Below are positions 36,573 to 46,347 of a stretch of DNA of 64,000 nt, piece after piece; position 1 is the first letter of the stretch, and every line of letters starts with the position of its first letter. This DNA comes from Klebsiella phage N1M2. Made by a program: the position numbers and the translations under genes. The notes below the pieces were generated by a model. The model had not been told where the DNA came from and did not search any database. It worked only from the letters and a program-made list of their open reading frames with translations. The DNA lies in the sequence record MN642089.1; one strand, given 5' to 3'.

Positions 36573-38681
36573 ATGAGCAATAAACATAACCAAATAAAAT
36601 CGAATACTGCTGGCCTAGCCATCGGTATGAACCCAAACCGTGCAACTAACTCCTCTGCACGTTTATATATGCTTGGTAAGAACCAAGGTAAAGCTGCCGT
36701 TATCTGGGGTTCTACTAACCGCAAATATTCCTCTGGTGATGAACAAGAATATGCACGAACTGCTCGTAAGGTACAAACTCTCTCTGATGTGGAAGTCGAA
36801 GAGGTTCTGTTTGTACGCGACATCATCAATGACAAAGAACCTAGTATGTGGGGAACGTACTATGTAATCGTGAAGGATCTGGAAACTGGTTTCTATGATC
36901 TCATTGAGATGCCTAAGTTCAATGCTCAAAATATGGACCTTGGGTTCGAGTATCATTATGATAATGACCTGATGCGTCAATTGACCAAAGGTGCACGATT
37001 CCGTAAAGGTACGGTATTCGCAACCAGTGCTCGTATTACTGAGTCCAATGAATGGTGTCCTGGTGTTGAGACTAAAGTAGCTGCAATGTCTCACCCATAT
37101 ACCGAAGAGGATGCGGTATTCATCTTTGAGCATTATGCCAAGAAGATCGGTGTTACATTTAAACGTGGTCTTGAGTTCCAATGGAACGAAGAAGAATATG
37201 TGATGCTGAATCTCTATGGTACTGTTGATAACCATCAAGGTTTCCCACTGTCTGGTGAGAAAGTTCGTAGTGATGGTATTGTAATGGGTTTCCGTCGTAA
37301 AGATCCCGATGCAGCAATGGCTGGTTTAACCAAAGCGGCGTTAATGAATCCGGATCCGATTTATGACCACCTGTTCTATGCATCTCCGAACTGTGTTGTT
37401 GCGGATATCAAAGTTGAGACAGAACGTTATAAGAATCTGTCCAACAACAAGCGTGCTGAAAAACGTAGTCAACCCCATACCAGACTGCTGGAGAAACTGG
37501 AAGAAGAACAAAACAGTTTTGCAAATAGTATCGTTAGCTGGTATCGTTCTAAGCAGAAACAGTATATCGATAAGAAACCACCTCTTACTCGTGAACTGTG
37601 GAACTTCATTACCTTCATGGGTGCCGGTCAGATTACTCGTGACTTCACCACTCCAACATCCAACGGTAAGTTTACTAAGATCAAACGTAAGCTGGGTAAC
37701 ATCCAGTTGAAAGATTGGCGTATCCAGATTAACCTACGTGAAGATGTAGAAGGTCAGGTCCGATTTAAGAATACCGGTATGGATGGTAACAAATCTGTTA
37801 TCATGAAGATTCTACCATCTGAATGCGCTCCGGTAGATGATCATGGTATCATGGCAGATATGGTAGTTGGTAACACTCCTGGCTATCGTCGTCAGATTTT
37901 CAACTCCTTCATGGAATTGGATATCAACTTTGTCAACATTCATCTCTATCCAGAAATCGTTAAGGCATATAAAGCTAAAGACTTCAAAAAGGCTTGGCAG
38001 ATTGCTCGTGATTTCTATGAAACGGTTTCCCCAGACCAAGGTGCAATGGCTGATCTATTCACACCAGAAGAACGAATGGCTCATCTCGACTGGATCATGA
38101 AAGATGAGAATGAGTTCTCTGCTCTAGGTAATAACACCGATGATGTACAGGGTGTTAAAATCATTGAGCGTCTGGCTGATAAGTATCCGTATATTCAACC
38201 TACACCGGTTACCTGGATTAATGAATGGGGCGAGAAGAAACGTAGTCGACATCCTATCGTGATTAGTAGTGTCTATTATATCATGTTGGATAAGTTCGGT
38301 GACGATATCTCTTGTCAGTCTACTCCGAAGCTGAATATCTTTGGGTTGCCGACATCGTTATCTAAACATGAACGTGCTCGCGATTTCTATCGTGCAACAC
38401 TTAACCGAAATGTGGGTGAAACTGAAGGACGACTTTATATTAACCAGAAAGGCGGTGCTGCTGCAGTACGAGTACTTGCACTTGCCAATAGCGCTGAATT
38501 GCTTGAAGAGGCCGTGCGCCGTTTAATCCGTGCACCTAACCCATTCACAATTGAACGCTTAGTTCTGCCTGGTGAAGAGAAGAAGAACCATTCTCTCCAG
38601 GTAATTGATAACATGCTCTCTGACTTTGGTTTAGGATTTAGGAAAGAAAATGAAAACGATAAAGCTGCGCGAGTTCGCTAA
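36573..38681 (+). CDS. RNA polymerase beta subunit, C-terminal fragment
   Basis: DGNKSVIMKILPSECAPVDDHGIMADMVVGNTPGYRRQIFNSFME aligns with the bacterial beta motif [41 protein letters not shown]; GAGGT RBS. Confidence 0.7.
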   Translation: MSNKHNQIKSNTAGLAIGMNPNRATNSSARLYMLGKNQGKAAVIWGSTNRKYSSGDEQEYARTARKVQTLSDVEVEEVLFVRDIINDKEPSMWGTYYVIVKDLETGFYDLIEMPKFNAQNMDLGFEYHYDNDLMRQLTKGARFRKGTVFATSARITESNEWCPGVETKVAAMSHPYTEEDAVFIFEHYAKKIGVTFKRGLEFQWNEEEYVMLNLYGTVDNHQGFPLSGEKVRSDGIVMGFRRKDPDAAMAGLTKAALMNPDPIYDHLFYASPNCVVADIKVETERYKNLSNNKRAEKRSQPHTRLLEKLEEEQNSFANSIVSWYRSKQKQYIDKKPPLTRELWNFITFMGAGQITRDFTTPTSNGKFTKIKRKLGNIQLKDWRIQINLREDVEGQVRFKNTGMDGNKSVIMKILPSECAPVDDHGIMADMVVGNTPGYRRQIFNSFMELDINFVNIHLYPEIVKAYKAKDFKKAWQIARDFYETVSPDQGAMADLFTPEERMAHLDWIMKDENEFSALGNNTDDVQGVKIIERLADKYPYIQPTPVTWINEWGEKKRSRHPIVISSVYYIMLDKFGDDISCQSTPKLNIFGLPTSLSKHERARDFYRATLNRNVGETEGRLYINQKGGAAAVRVLALANSAELLEEAVRRLIRAPNPFTIERLVLPGEEKKNHSLQVIDNMLSDFGLGFRKENENDKAARVR

Positions 38682-40671
38682 TCTGTCTCTAATCTCCATG
38701 CTTCAATTTACTGAACGTCGTTTCAAGGTTGAAGTTCTGGATGATGTAGGCGAAAAGATCGTGACTGATAGTTGGATGTTAGGTCTTTCCTGGTTTAGTT
38801 TGATTGTTCATCGACACTTCAATGACGAACCTTATCATGTTGATGAATTAGCGGTACTGGTGGCTCCTAAGGGCCGCCAAGCATTTATCGATGATGATAC
38901 GCTTAAGGAACCCATTGATGCGTTCCTGGGTCGTTTGATGCCCAAGTATGATGATCCAGTGTTCTATGATTTCATCAAGCAATTGGTATTCACCTGGCAT
39001 AACCAAGTTCACAACTATATGGCTGTGATCTCTGAAACAGGTGTGGTATCTGCACGTGCGATGGACGTAGTACATTGTTATCGTCACCCTCCGGTAGCCG
39101 ATTTGAAGAAACGAGTTCGGGAAGGTAAGACTAATCTGGCAGATGCTGCTAAAGAGTTCGAAAAGATCATGATGGAAGATCCGGCTTTCGATAAGTCCGT
39201 CTTCGGTCTGTTGTATCGTACTCGTGCGGTTAACCCGACTCAGTCTTTCCAACTGGTAATTGCTCGTGGTGACGTATTCGACTTGAACAACGTAATCTTG
39301 CCGAATACCGTAATGACTTCTTATGCAGATGGCATTACAAACCTGGCTGACTCCTTAGGTGACTCCAAAGGTGCTGGCTTCTCTCTGATCAGTAATGGCT
39401 CTGCGCTACAGGACTCTGAATGGTTCCATAAAAAGATCCATAACGTGTCTCAGGTAGTGCAAGGTATTCGTTATCAATCTGATTGTGGTTCTACAACAGG
39501 TCCGGTACTGAAGATCATCTCCAGAGATTTCAAAATGTCTTTGGCTGGTCGTTATCGTATTAATGACGATGGGACTACAACTCTCTTAACTTATGATGAG
39601 TTGAAGAAGATCGAAACTGGTGACATCATCCGTATTCGTGATGTTGCCTGGTGTAAAGATTCGGGGCATGATGGTAAGCCTTGTTCTGTATGTTTCGGTA
39701 AAATGGAATCTGCACTTCCGTATAATCCATATACTAAGAAGTCTGCAGTCCCTGGTCTGTTCTATGGTTCTACCTTTGCGGAACCTATCGGTCAGTCCAT
39801 TCTGAAAACTAAACACCGTATCGGTTCCGCAACTGCAAAAGGCTTTGTGGTTCAACGTCAGGATGTTGACTATATCACTACAGATGAATCTGGAGACTTC
39901 ATCTATTTCAACAAAGGAATCCTCAACGAAGAAGCTGATCCGTATATCATCCTGGATAAAGAAACCCAGCAGGACTTCTCTGACTTCCAGTTCATGGATA
40001 ACATTGAAGATCTTGATGTGTCTCGTCTGCGTACTTATGAATCCATCAAACTTCGTGTTAACATTGTAAACCCGATGTTCGATAATCGTAAAGCAGTTCA
40101 TTATCCAATCGTGATCACTACGGTGGCTTCCCGTGATGCTCGTATGACAAAGCCGTTCATTGAGTATCTGTTAAGCAAACCAATGGAAGAAGAAGGTCGT
40201 ACATTTAAGATCAGTCTTAAAGACTTCAACTTCAAAGAACCAGCATTCGAACTACCACTGGTAAACGAAGACCTCGATGCTTATCGTAAACGTGTTGAAA
40301 CATTCCTGAAGTTCCCGAATATCAATCGTCGTTGGGATGTCAAAGTAACTCCTGAGTTGCATGGCGAAACCATGATTGCATTCTGGAAGGTAGTGGATGA
40401 GAAGTATAAAGGTGCGAATAGTATTATGCACTCTATCTTCTTGTGGGCATGTATGGCACGAGATCCTGAACATCTGGATTTTGGTATTCCAATTGGCGAC
40501 GAACCACGTAACTTCATTAGTCTGCATGATGCGGTACTGAGTCGTGGTTTGGGTAATACCTTGCTGTATGGTTGGCAGGGTAGTGCGTTGCTGGGTAGTC
40601 CGATCAACTTCTTGATCAAGAATCGACAGGGTGGGGCTCTAGAAGCATTCTGTCATCCAATCACACGTTAA
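38650..40671 (+). CDS. RNA polymerase beta-prime subunit, C-terminal fragment
   Basis: NLADSLGDSKGAGFSL resembles the bridge-helix motif GLADTALKTANSGYLTRRL; AEPIGQSILKTKHRIGSA resembles the trigger-loop motif EPGTQLTMRTFHIGGA; overlaps the beta fragment by 32 nt. Confidence 0.6.
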   Translation: MKTIKLREFANLSLISMLQFTERRFKVEVLDDVGEKIVTDSWMLGLSWFSLIVHRHFNDEPYHVDELAVLVAPKGRQAFIDDDTLKEPIDAFLGRLMPKYDDPVFYDFIKQLVFTWHNQVHNYMAVISETGVVSARAMDVVHCYRHPPVADLKKRVREGKTNLADAAKEFEKIMMEDPAFDKSVFGLLYRTRAVNPTQSFQLVIARGDVFDLNNVILPNTVMTSYADGITNLADSLGDSKGAGFSLISNGSALQDSEWFHKKIHNVSQVVQGIRYQSDCGSTTGPVLKIISRDFKMSLAGRYRINDDGTTTLLTYDELKKIETGDIIRIRDVAWCKDSGHDGKPCSVCFGKMESALPYNPYTKKSAVPGLFYGSTFAEPIGQSILKTKHRIGSATAKGFVVQRQDVDYITTDESGDFIYFNKGILNEEADPYIILDKETQQDFSDFQFMDNIEDLDVSRLRTYESIKLRVNIVNPMFDNRKAVHYPIVITTVASRDARMTKPFIEYLLSKPMEEEGRTFKISLKDFNFKEPAFELPLVNEDLDAYRKRVETFLKFPNINRRWDVKVTPELHGETMIAFWKVVDEKYKGANSIMHSIFLWACMARDPEHLDFGIPIGDEPRNFISLHDAVLSRGLGNTLLYGWQGSALLGSPINFLIKNRQGGALEAFCHPITR

Positions 40672-40708
40672 CGAAAAGGACAAGGATGTCCTTATAAAGG
40701 AATTAAAC

Positions 40709-41008
40709 ATGCAAACTTTATCTTTGGATTACATGGCTGAAACCGCGGTACCTGAAAATATCGATCACCTTTCCATTACTGTGATCCGCTATACCAATAA
40801 GATCCTGGGTGTAGAGGAAACGTTTGAACCAATCCCTGATAACAAGTTTGCATGGGAGAAACCTTTACCTGGATCAGAATACTATTTGGGATTCCTGAAT
40901 ACAGGACGTGGCGGGATCATCGAGATCCGTTATCATAAAGCACAAAACTTTATGATGGTCCGTGGTCCTATTCGTACTGATATTACTTTTGAATTAGTGG
41001 GTGAATAA
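40709..41008 (+). CDS. hypothetical protein
   Basis: 99 aa. Confidence 0.5.
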   Translation: MQTLSLDYMAETAVPENIDHLSITVIRYTNKILGVEETFEPIPDNKFAWEKPLPGSEYYLGFLNTGRGGIIEIRYHKAQNFMMVRGPIRTDITFELVGE

Positions 41009-41310
41009 TGACAACTGAAGTTCATACGCTTACACTGAAAGTAGGTGAAGAAGTCAAAGTGCCTGATCGTGGTCCTTTCGCAAGCTTCCCTAAATTGCGG
41101 GTAACCGGCGTGACCAAAGATGGTGTAACTCACGCAACCGAATACTGGCCAACTAACAACAGTATTCCAAGTAACCTCCATACTAAAACCATTCGTCTGT
41201 TGAACCTTCAGTGGAACGGCATCGTAGTTCAGGGTGAATATGACGACAGTTCCAAATTGGTTAAAATTACCAAAGGGAACGTTGATTCGGTAACGATCGA
41301 AATCCGGTAA
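41008..41310 (+). CDS. hypothetical protein
   Basis: 100 aa; start overlaps the upstream stop. Confidence 0.5.
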   Translation: MTTEVHTLTLKVGEEVKVPDRGPFASFPKLRVTGVTKDGVTHATEYWPTNNSIPSNLHTKTIRLLNLQWNGIVVQGEYDDSSKLVKITKGNVDSVTIEIR

Positions 41311-41357
41311 CCTTTATAGTATGATAACTAACTATCATACTTTATTAAGGCACTACT

Positions 41358-41588
41358 ATGATTACCAAGATCCAGGACATGAAACCAGGGGAATACTTTA
41401 AAGTAGACTCTAATGAAGGCGGGTGTAAGAAAGCACCATGTACTCGTCGCATTTTAGCTATCGGTGAAACATCAGTAGCTTCCGATCTTAAAGAAGATCA
41501 AGGTTTCTATTTCCGTTTGAAAATGGAAAACTATTTAGGGACGATTAAAACACCTAACGGTATGGTTGTACATCAGTTCAGTAAATAA
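41358..41588 (+). CDS. hypothetical protein
   Basis: 76 aa. Confidence 0.45.
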   Translation: MITKIQDMKPGEYFKVDSNEGGCKKAPCTRRILAIGETSVASDLKEDQGFYFRLKMENYLGTIKTPNGMVVHQFSK

Positions 41589-41592
41589 GCTA

Positions 41593-41634
41593 TTACTCAC
41601 CTTCCTTAATTGGAGGGTGGGTAATAAATTTTTA
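41593..41634 (+). terminator. rho-independent terminator
   Basis: TTACTCACCTTCC-ttaatt-GGAGGGTGGGTAA then AATTTTT. Confidence 0.6.
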
Positions 41635-41661
41635 AGTAGATATTATTTATAGGAGTTAGAC

Positions 41662-41931
41662 ATGCAGGTTATTAAAATTGTAAACGGTGAAACTACTGTC
41701 GTTGGAGATTCAAAGTTCACTCACGGCTATTTGGCCAGTGTCACGTTAGAAGATGGTGAACGTCGCACTTATCATAAGCCAACCTACCCTGGTGAGTATG
41801 ATTGGAAAACCGCAGCAAACATCAATTACAATTATGATGGCATGTTGTTGAATCTCAAATTCATTATTGAAGAGAAATCCATCAAAGGTGGTGGATACGG
41901 CTGGAAAGAATGTGAGTTCGTCGTATTCTAA
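41662..41931 (+). CDS. hypothetical protein
   Basis: 89 aa; GGAG RBS. Confidence 0.5.
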   Translation: MQVIKIVNGETTVVGDSKFTHGYLASVTLEDGERRTYHKPTYPGEYDWKTAANINYNYDGMLLNLKFIIEEKSIKGGGYGWKECEFVVF

Positions 41932-41941
41932 TATCTGGGTG

Positions 41942-41965
41942 GGAGACTTCGGTCTCCCTTTATGT
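41942..41965 (+). terminator. rho-independent terminator
   Basis: GGGAGAC-ttcg-GTCTCCC then TTTATG. Confidence 0.65.
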
Positions 41966-42088
41966 GTACCAAAAGGAGGAGGTATTTATAAATACTACGA
42001 GGTCAATATATTAGAGAAAACCATATTTTGTGCTATAACCCTCACGGGTAAAGGGTTGGTGCTCTAATAGTTGAAGAAGGGTTAAGTT

Positions 42089-43633
42089 ATGCGTAGAACA
42101 TTAGTTGTTCATAAAGCGAGCACATATGTTCGTTTGACTGACTTTAAACCTGAACTCGTGCAGCAAATATTACGTCCTTTTTGTGCTCGTAACTTTTATA
42201 GGGTTCAGAAGGTCCCCATACCCGGCGGTGGACCTAATGCATTCAAAAAGGAAGTGAGTCATGTATTTGCTCGGTTTAATGAAGATAAGAGCGAGTTAAG
42301 GTTTAATGCTGAAAAGCTACCTGATCTTATTAAGTTCATGGAAGAACACGGGTATAGTAAATCTCGTATCCAGGTTTTAGAAGAAGCAGTTATCGATGCA
42401 GCTCCGGCTAACTTGAAACTGAAAGATCCTAAAATCAAACCAAGGAATGAGATTCAGGAAGAATACACTGCATTTATGGGTGGGCCAAAACCTTTAGTTG
42501 TTAACAATATGGGTACTGGTCAAGGTAAAACTTTCTGTGCTATCTGGACAGCGGTACAACTTGGTAAGCGTGTATTGATTACTGTGTTACCTCGTTATGT
42601 CGATATCTGGATTAAAGCATTTGGTGAGTTCCTAGATATCCATCCAACTGACATTTTGGTGGCTGATACATTTGGTGTTGAGAAATTACACCAGACCATG
42701 AAAGATGGATTAATTAACCCGTCAATCATTATTCTGCCGTTAACCAAAATAGATGTGTATATAAAACGTATGAAGGAAGATCCGTCTCTTCCTGGATTGG
42801 ATGAAGTATTCCATGACATGCGTTGTGGTGTGAGAATCATTGATGAAGCACATGAATCGATTTACTCGGTTTATATGTCATTGATGTTTGGGAACCACCA
42901 GAAGACAATGGCATTGTCAGCAACCTTGAAAGGTGATGATGATTTCATTAACTCTATCTATGGACAGATATTCCCAGCTCATTGTTATTTGCGACCACCT
43001 GAGTACACTAAGTATATTCATGTTATCGCTTATAGTCACCGGATGGATGTAAACAAATACCGAATCAATGCTAAAGGGTTTGGTGGTTATTCTCATGTGA
43101 AGTTTGAACAGGGGATAATGAAAAGGAGCTTCGTCTTTGAAGAGTATTACAAAATGCTCAAAGAGGCGTTCGTCACATATTACATGGATACGTATCGAGA
43201 AGGGCAAAAGGCTATGTGGTTCTTTGCAACTATCGAAATGTGTGACTTGTTCCTTAGACGACTTAAACAGGATTATCCTGATTTGGATGCAATCGTATTC
43301 ACAGGTGAGCAGAGTAGTAAGAAGGAAACTAAAACGGCCTATCGTGAGCACCAGGTGGTTATTACAACTCCAGGGTCTTGTGGTACTGGTAAGGACATTC
43401 CTCAGCTCTACATTGTGTTTAGCCCCATTTCTGTGAGTTCTTCACAGCGTAATGATCAGATGGTTGGACGTACTCGACCTATCGATAAATGGTGGCCGGA
43501 TTTGGACCCGATCTTCCTGTACTTCGTTTGTCCAGATATACCTAAGCAAGTAGACTATCACCGTAAACGTAGAACCATCTTTGATAAGAAGATGAAGAAG
43601 TTCACGCTGATTGACTCTGGTTCACGTATTTAA
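42089..43633 (+). CDS. SF2 helicase (DEAH-box type ATPase)
   Basis: Walker A GTGQGKT; Walker B IIDEAHE; motif VI QMVGRTRP. Confidence 0.75.
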   Translation: MRRTLVVHKASTYVRLTDFKPELVQQILRPFCARNFYRVQKVPIPGGGPNAFKKEVSHVFARFNEDKSELRFNAEKLPDLIKFMEEHGYSKSRIQVLEEAVIDAAPANLKLKDPKIKPRNEIQEEYTAFMGGPKPLVVNNMGTGQGKTFCAIWTAVQLGKRVLITVLPRYVDIWIKAFGEFLDIHPTDILVADTFGVEKLHQTMKDGLINPSIIILPLTKIDVYIKRMKEDPSLPGLDEVFHDMRCGVRIIDEAHESIYSVYMSLMFGNHQKTMALSATLKGDDDFINSIYGQIFPAHCYLRPPEYTKYIHVIAYSHRMDVNKYRINAKGFGGYSHVKFEQGIMKRSFVFEEYYKMLKEAFVTYYMDTYREGQKAMWFFATIEMCDLFLRRLKQDYPDLDAIVFTGEQSSKKETKTAYREHQVVITTPGSCGTGKDIPQLYIVFSPISVSSSQRNDQMVGRTRPIDKWWPDLDPIFLYFVCPDIPKQVDYHRKRRTIFDKKMKKFTLIDSGSRI

Positions 43634-43640
43634 TAACTAG

Positions 43641-43668
43641 GCTCTGGGGACTTTGAGTCCCTGGAGTC
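43641..43668 (+). terminator. weak terminator-like hairpin
   Basis: CTCTGGGGACT-ttg-AGTCCCTGGAG imperfect palindrome then TCTATG. Confidence 0.35.
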
Positions 43669-43669
43669 T

Positions 43670-44095
43670 ATGTATTTAGTAATGGCGGTGATTATGGAAT
43701 TATTAAGTATCAATATCAGATTACCTGGTATTAATGACACTACTGTTTTAGAAGTAGTGGGTGCGGGTATTATGGTTATGTTTGATAGCCATAAAAAGTT
43801 AGGAACGGAGTTTGAAGATTTCTTAGTCATGGAAGAAGCCAAGTTGACGATGGGTGACCATTGTAGTGACCTGGTGATAGACGATGTTCAATTTGAACGT
43901 GTATTTCAAGCAGCAGACAGTGCGCTTAAAACTGTCCTAGCAGGACAGAGCGAAGATTTAAAATCTCTGGCTCTCCAAGTTAATGGTGTTGAAGATATCA
44001 TGACTATGGAGTATCCAGGAGTTATTAAGATGTACGTAAGGGAGAATCCGGAAGGTGAACAACTTCTTAGATATCGTCTCTTTAACGTTTGTTAA
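43670..44095 (+). CDS. hypothetical protein
   Basis: 141-aa ORF; true start uncertain (ATGs at 43670, 43682, 43694). Confidence 0.4.
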   Translation: MYLVMAVIMELLSINIRLPGINDTTVLEVVGAGIMVMFDSHKKLGTEFEDFLVMEEAKLTMGDHCSDLVIDDVQFERVFQAADSALKTVLAGQSEDLKSLALQVNGVEDIMTMEYPGVIKMYVRENPEGEQLLRYRLFNVC

Positions 44096-44174
44096 TAATA
44101 AAGTCAATAGTGCTATTTATACCGATCAAACATTCCTGCAGGAAATCATCGTCTTTATATTAGGCGAGCAACTT

Positions 44175-44450
44175 ATGTTGGGACCTACTGATCCTTTTGA
44201 AATTAAAGGACGTATGTTTGACTACCTCTTGCAGGTATTAGATCCGTTAGATAAGCCTGTTGCGGAAACCATCATTACTGAAATTGAGAAACGAGTAGCT
44301 GACTTATCTTCTGAGTTAACTTATCGTTCTTTGTATCTCAGTGGGGAGTGTTTCCTTAAGTATGAATATGAACTTAGACATCGGTTTAGCAAGTTATATG
44401 TCTACACCGATGCCCATGCCTTTAATGATCCCTTCGATCAACCAATTTAA
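44175..44450 (+). CDS. hypothetical protein
   Basis: first ATG after the upstream stop within the 44055-44450 ORF; weak RBS. Confidence 0.35.
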   Translation: MLGPTDPFEIKGRMFDYLLQVLDPLDKPVAETIITEIEKRVADLSSELTYRSLYLSGECFLKYEYELRHRFSKLYVYTDAHAFNDPFDQPI

Positions 44451-44469
44451 CTTATCTGGAGATTTACAA

Positions 44470-45030
44470 ATGTTACAATCAACTAACGCAGCTGGCATCA
44501 CTGAGAACATGGTTACTTACAAATTCAAAGTACCTGACCTGGCTGACTTGTTTGAAACATTCACCCCTGATCAATCCCATATCGCACTGGAAGGTGCGCT
44601 GAACATTATCTTTGGTCGTGCTCCAGCTCAACTGGCTGCGGTTAAACTGGAAGGCGAAGAAGCTGAGCCAGAACAGACTGAAGAAGAACTGCAACAAGAT
44701 CATGAGACTCAGATCGTGGGTGAAGTTGCATATGCTCTGTATTGCCACCAGATGGGTGCTGAAGCGGCTGCTCTGGTACCGGAAGGTTGTGCTACTGCTT
44801 GGACCATTCCGGATGACTACGAGAACTCTGAGCAGTATCAGCGCATGGAAGAAATGTTCCGTGGTATCGTTAGTCATATTAGTAATCACATTGCTGCAGA
44901 TAAGTTTAACCAGGACGTTATTACTCTCCATGGTGAAATGGAATTCTTCAGCCGTATTGAGTTGTACACCTATAACTACAATACTGATTGCGAAGTTCTG
45001 TCTGTAACTATTGCTGCTATGCTTTCCTAA
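44470..45030 (+). CDS. hypothetical acidic protein
   Basis: ATG at 44470 with GGAG RBS (track start 44341 overlaps the upstream gene); host-like codon bias. Confidence 0.5.
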   Translation: MLQSTNAAGITENMVTYKFKVPDLADLFETFTPDQSHIALEGALNIIFGRAPAQLAAVKLEGEEAEPEQTEEELQQDHETQIVGEVAYALYCHQMGAEAAALVPEGCATAWTIPDDYENSEQYQRMEEMFRGIVSHISNHIAADKFNQDVITLHGEMEFFSRIELYTYNYNTDCEVLSVTIAAMLS

Positions 45031-45037
45031 TCAACTC

Positions 45038-45082
45038 CTTACCCTTCCTAGTGGAGGGTAAGGGTTATATGTTTATCTTTCT
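45038..45082 (+). terminator. rho-independent terminator (CCTTACCCTTCC stem family)
   Basis: CCTTACCCTTCC-tagt-GGAGGGTAAGG then GTTATATGTTTATCTTTC. Confidence 0.7.
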
Positions 45083-45097
45083 ATAGGTCCTTTTCTA

Positions 45098-45553
45098 ATG
45101 TTCAAATATAATAACCCAGCCCATAACGAAGCCGAACTATCTTTCCGCCAGTTAGTGACTCAGCCATTCTTTAAAGATCTTAAACATGACTTTATTCACA
45201 ATTTCAAAAATATGTGTTACCACTCATCTATAGGTAACCTATTTGCCAACCAATACATCAAACCAGATGCCAAAGTACGACTGGTAAGAGAGATTGTTGG
45301 GTGTGACCCTATTTGTAAGATCTCCATGTCCTGGGATCAGGAAGATGAAGTACTTACCCTCATGAACGGTGTTATTATTGAATTGAAAACGGAACGTTTA
45401 AATGCGTCTAAGGCGTTCCTGGCAATGTCTGCCGATAAAGAGCAAATAGGATTTGATATCGAGATCCATGTTCACTTTAAGACCGGGATTAAATCAGTAT
45501 ATAAAGTACCTAATAATAAACTTAAAGAAGCTTTGATTATTGCTTTAGGTTAA
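45098..45553 (+). CDS. hypothetical protein, tandem paralog A
   Basis: 151 aa; shares SFRQL, FIHNFKNMCYHSS.GNLF, EIHVH with the 45697 ORF. Confidence 0.55.
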   Translation: MFKYNNPAHNEAELSFRQLVTQPFFKDLKHDFIHNFKNMCYHSSIGNLFANQYIKPDAKVRLVREIVGCDPICKISMSWDQEDEVLTLMNGVIIELKTERLNASKAFLAMSADKEQIGFDIEIHVHFKTGIKSVYKVPNNKLKEALIIALG

Positions 45554-45570
45554 TATTTTTATTATACTCT

Positions 45571-45627
45571 ATTTCTTATATATTGGGGGTAGGGGGTTAA
45601 TTCCGAAGGAAAGTTATATAAACTTAA
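45571..45627. repeat. conserved intergenic element TTATATATTG-GGGGGTAGGGGGT-n5-CCGAAGGA-n-TTATATAAA (copy 2)
   Basis: matches the element at 833-892. Confidence 0.6.
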
Positions 45628-45696
45628 AGGAACGATAGTGACTTCCTTTTATGTTATTCTCTTTTAAGTAAACTAATTAAACAAGGAAATATAGAA

Positions 45697-46146
45697 ATGA
45701 ATAAGTTCAATAAAGCAGCTATTAACCGTGCAGAGCAATCTTTCCGTGATCTGTTGAAACTAGATATCATGAAAGATGTTAAGAAACAATTCATTCATGA
45801 CTTCAAGAACCTGTGTCATCATTCTGATGTAGGCAACTTGTTTGATCATTACCTGGTAAGTAAAGTGGGCGATGTTAATCTGGTTTATGCCGCAATCAAT
45901 CAGATTGTTGAATGTGGGGACACTCCATTCATTTCAGAGATCGTAGAGGGTCTGAACGCAGTAGCTATTGAACTGAATCCTGAACGAGCTGGCGTCCGAC
46001 GAGCTTATTTGATGATCTCTGCAGATACTGCACAAATTAAACCAGTTGCTGAAATCCACGTTCATTACTATAGCGTTGGTAAAGTAATTTACCCAGTTAA
46101 AACTGATAACCTGCACAACACTCTGCTACTAGCAATCGGTAAATAA
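45697..46146 (+). CDS. hypothetical protein, tandem paralog B
   Basis: 149 aa; paralog of 45098-45553; AAGGAAATATAGAA RBS. Confidence 0.55.
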   Translation: MNKFNKAAINRAEQSFRDLLKLDIMKDVKKQFIHDFKNLCHHSDVGNLFDHYLVSKVGDVNLVYAAINQIVECGDTPFISEIVEGLNAVAIELNPERAGVRRAYLMISADTAQIKPVAEIHVHYYSVGKVIYPVKTDNLHNTLLLAIGK

Positions 46147-46152
46147 CACATA

Positions 46153-46207
46153 CCTACTCACCCAATTAAGGGTGAGTAGGATTTATATGCTTTCTTTTAT
46201 TTTGTTT
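46153..46207 (+). terminator. rho-independent terminator
   Basis: CCTACTCACCC-aattaa-GGGTGAGTAGG then ATTTATATGCTTTCTTTTATTTT. Confidence 0.75.
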
Positions 46208-46240
46208 CAGACCTATATTATTAATATGTGCTTACACATA
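46208..46240 (+). promoter_or_regulatory. conserved AT-rich promoter-like motif (CAGACCTATATTATTAATATGTGCTTAC)
   Basis: family member upstream of the HNH endonuclease gene. Confidence 0.45.
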
Positions 46241-46347
46241 TTAAGTTAGTATGAAGGCTATGCATATCTTTTTACTACGAAGAGTATTTTAATACTATGT
46301 GTTAGATAAAATGACTAATAATGAAATATTAACAAATAGGAAGCATA

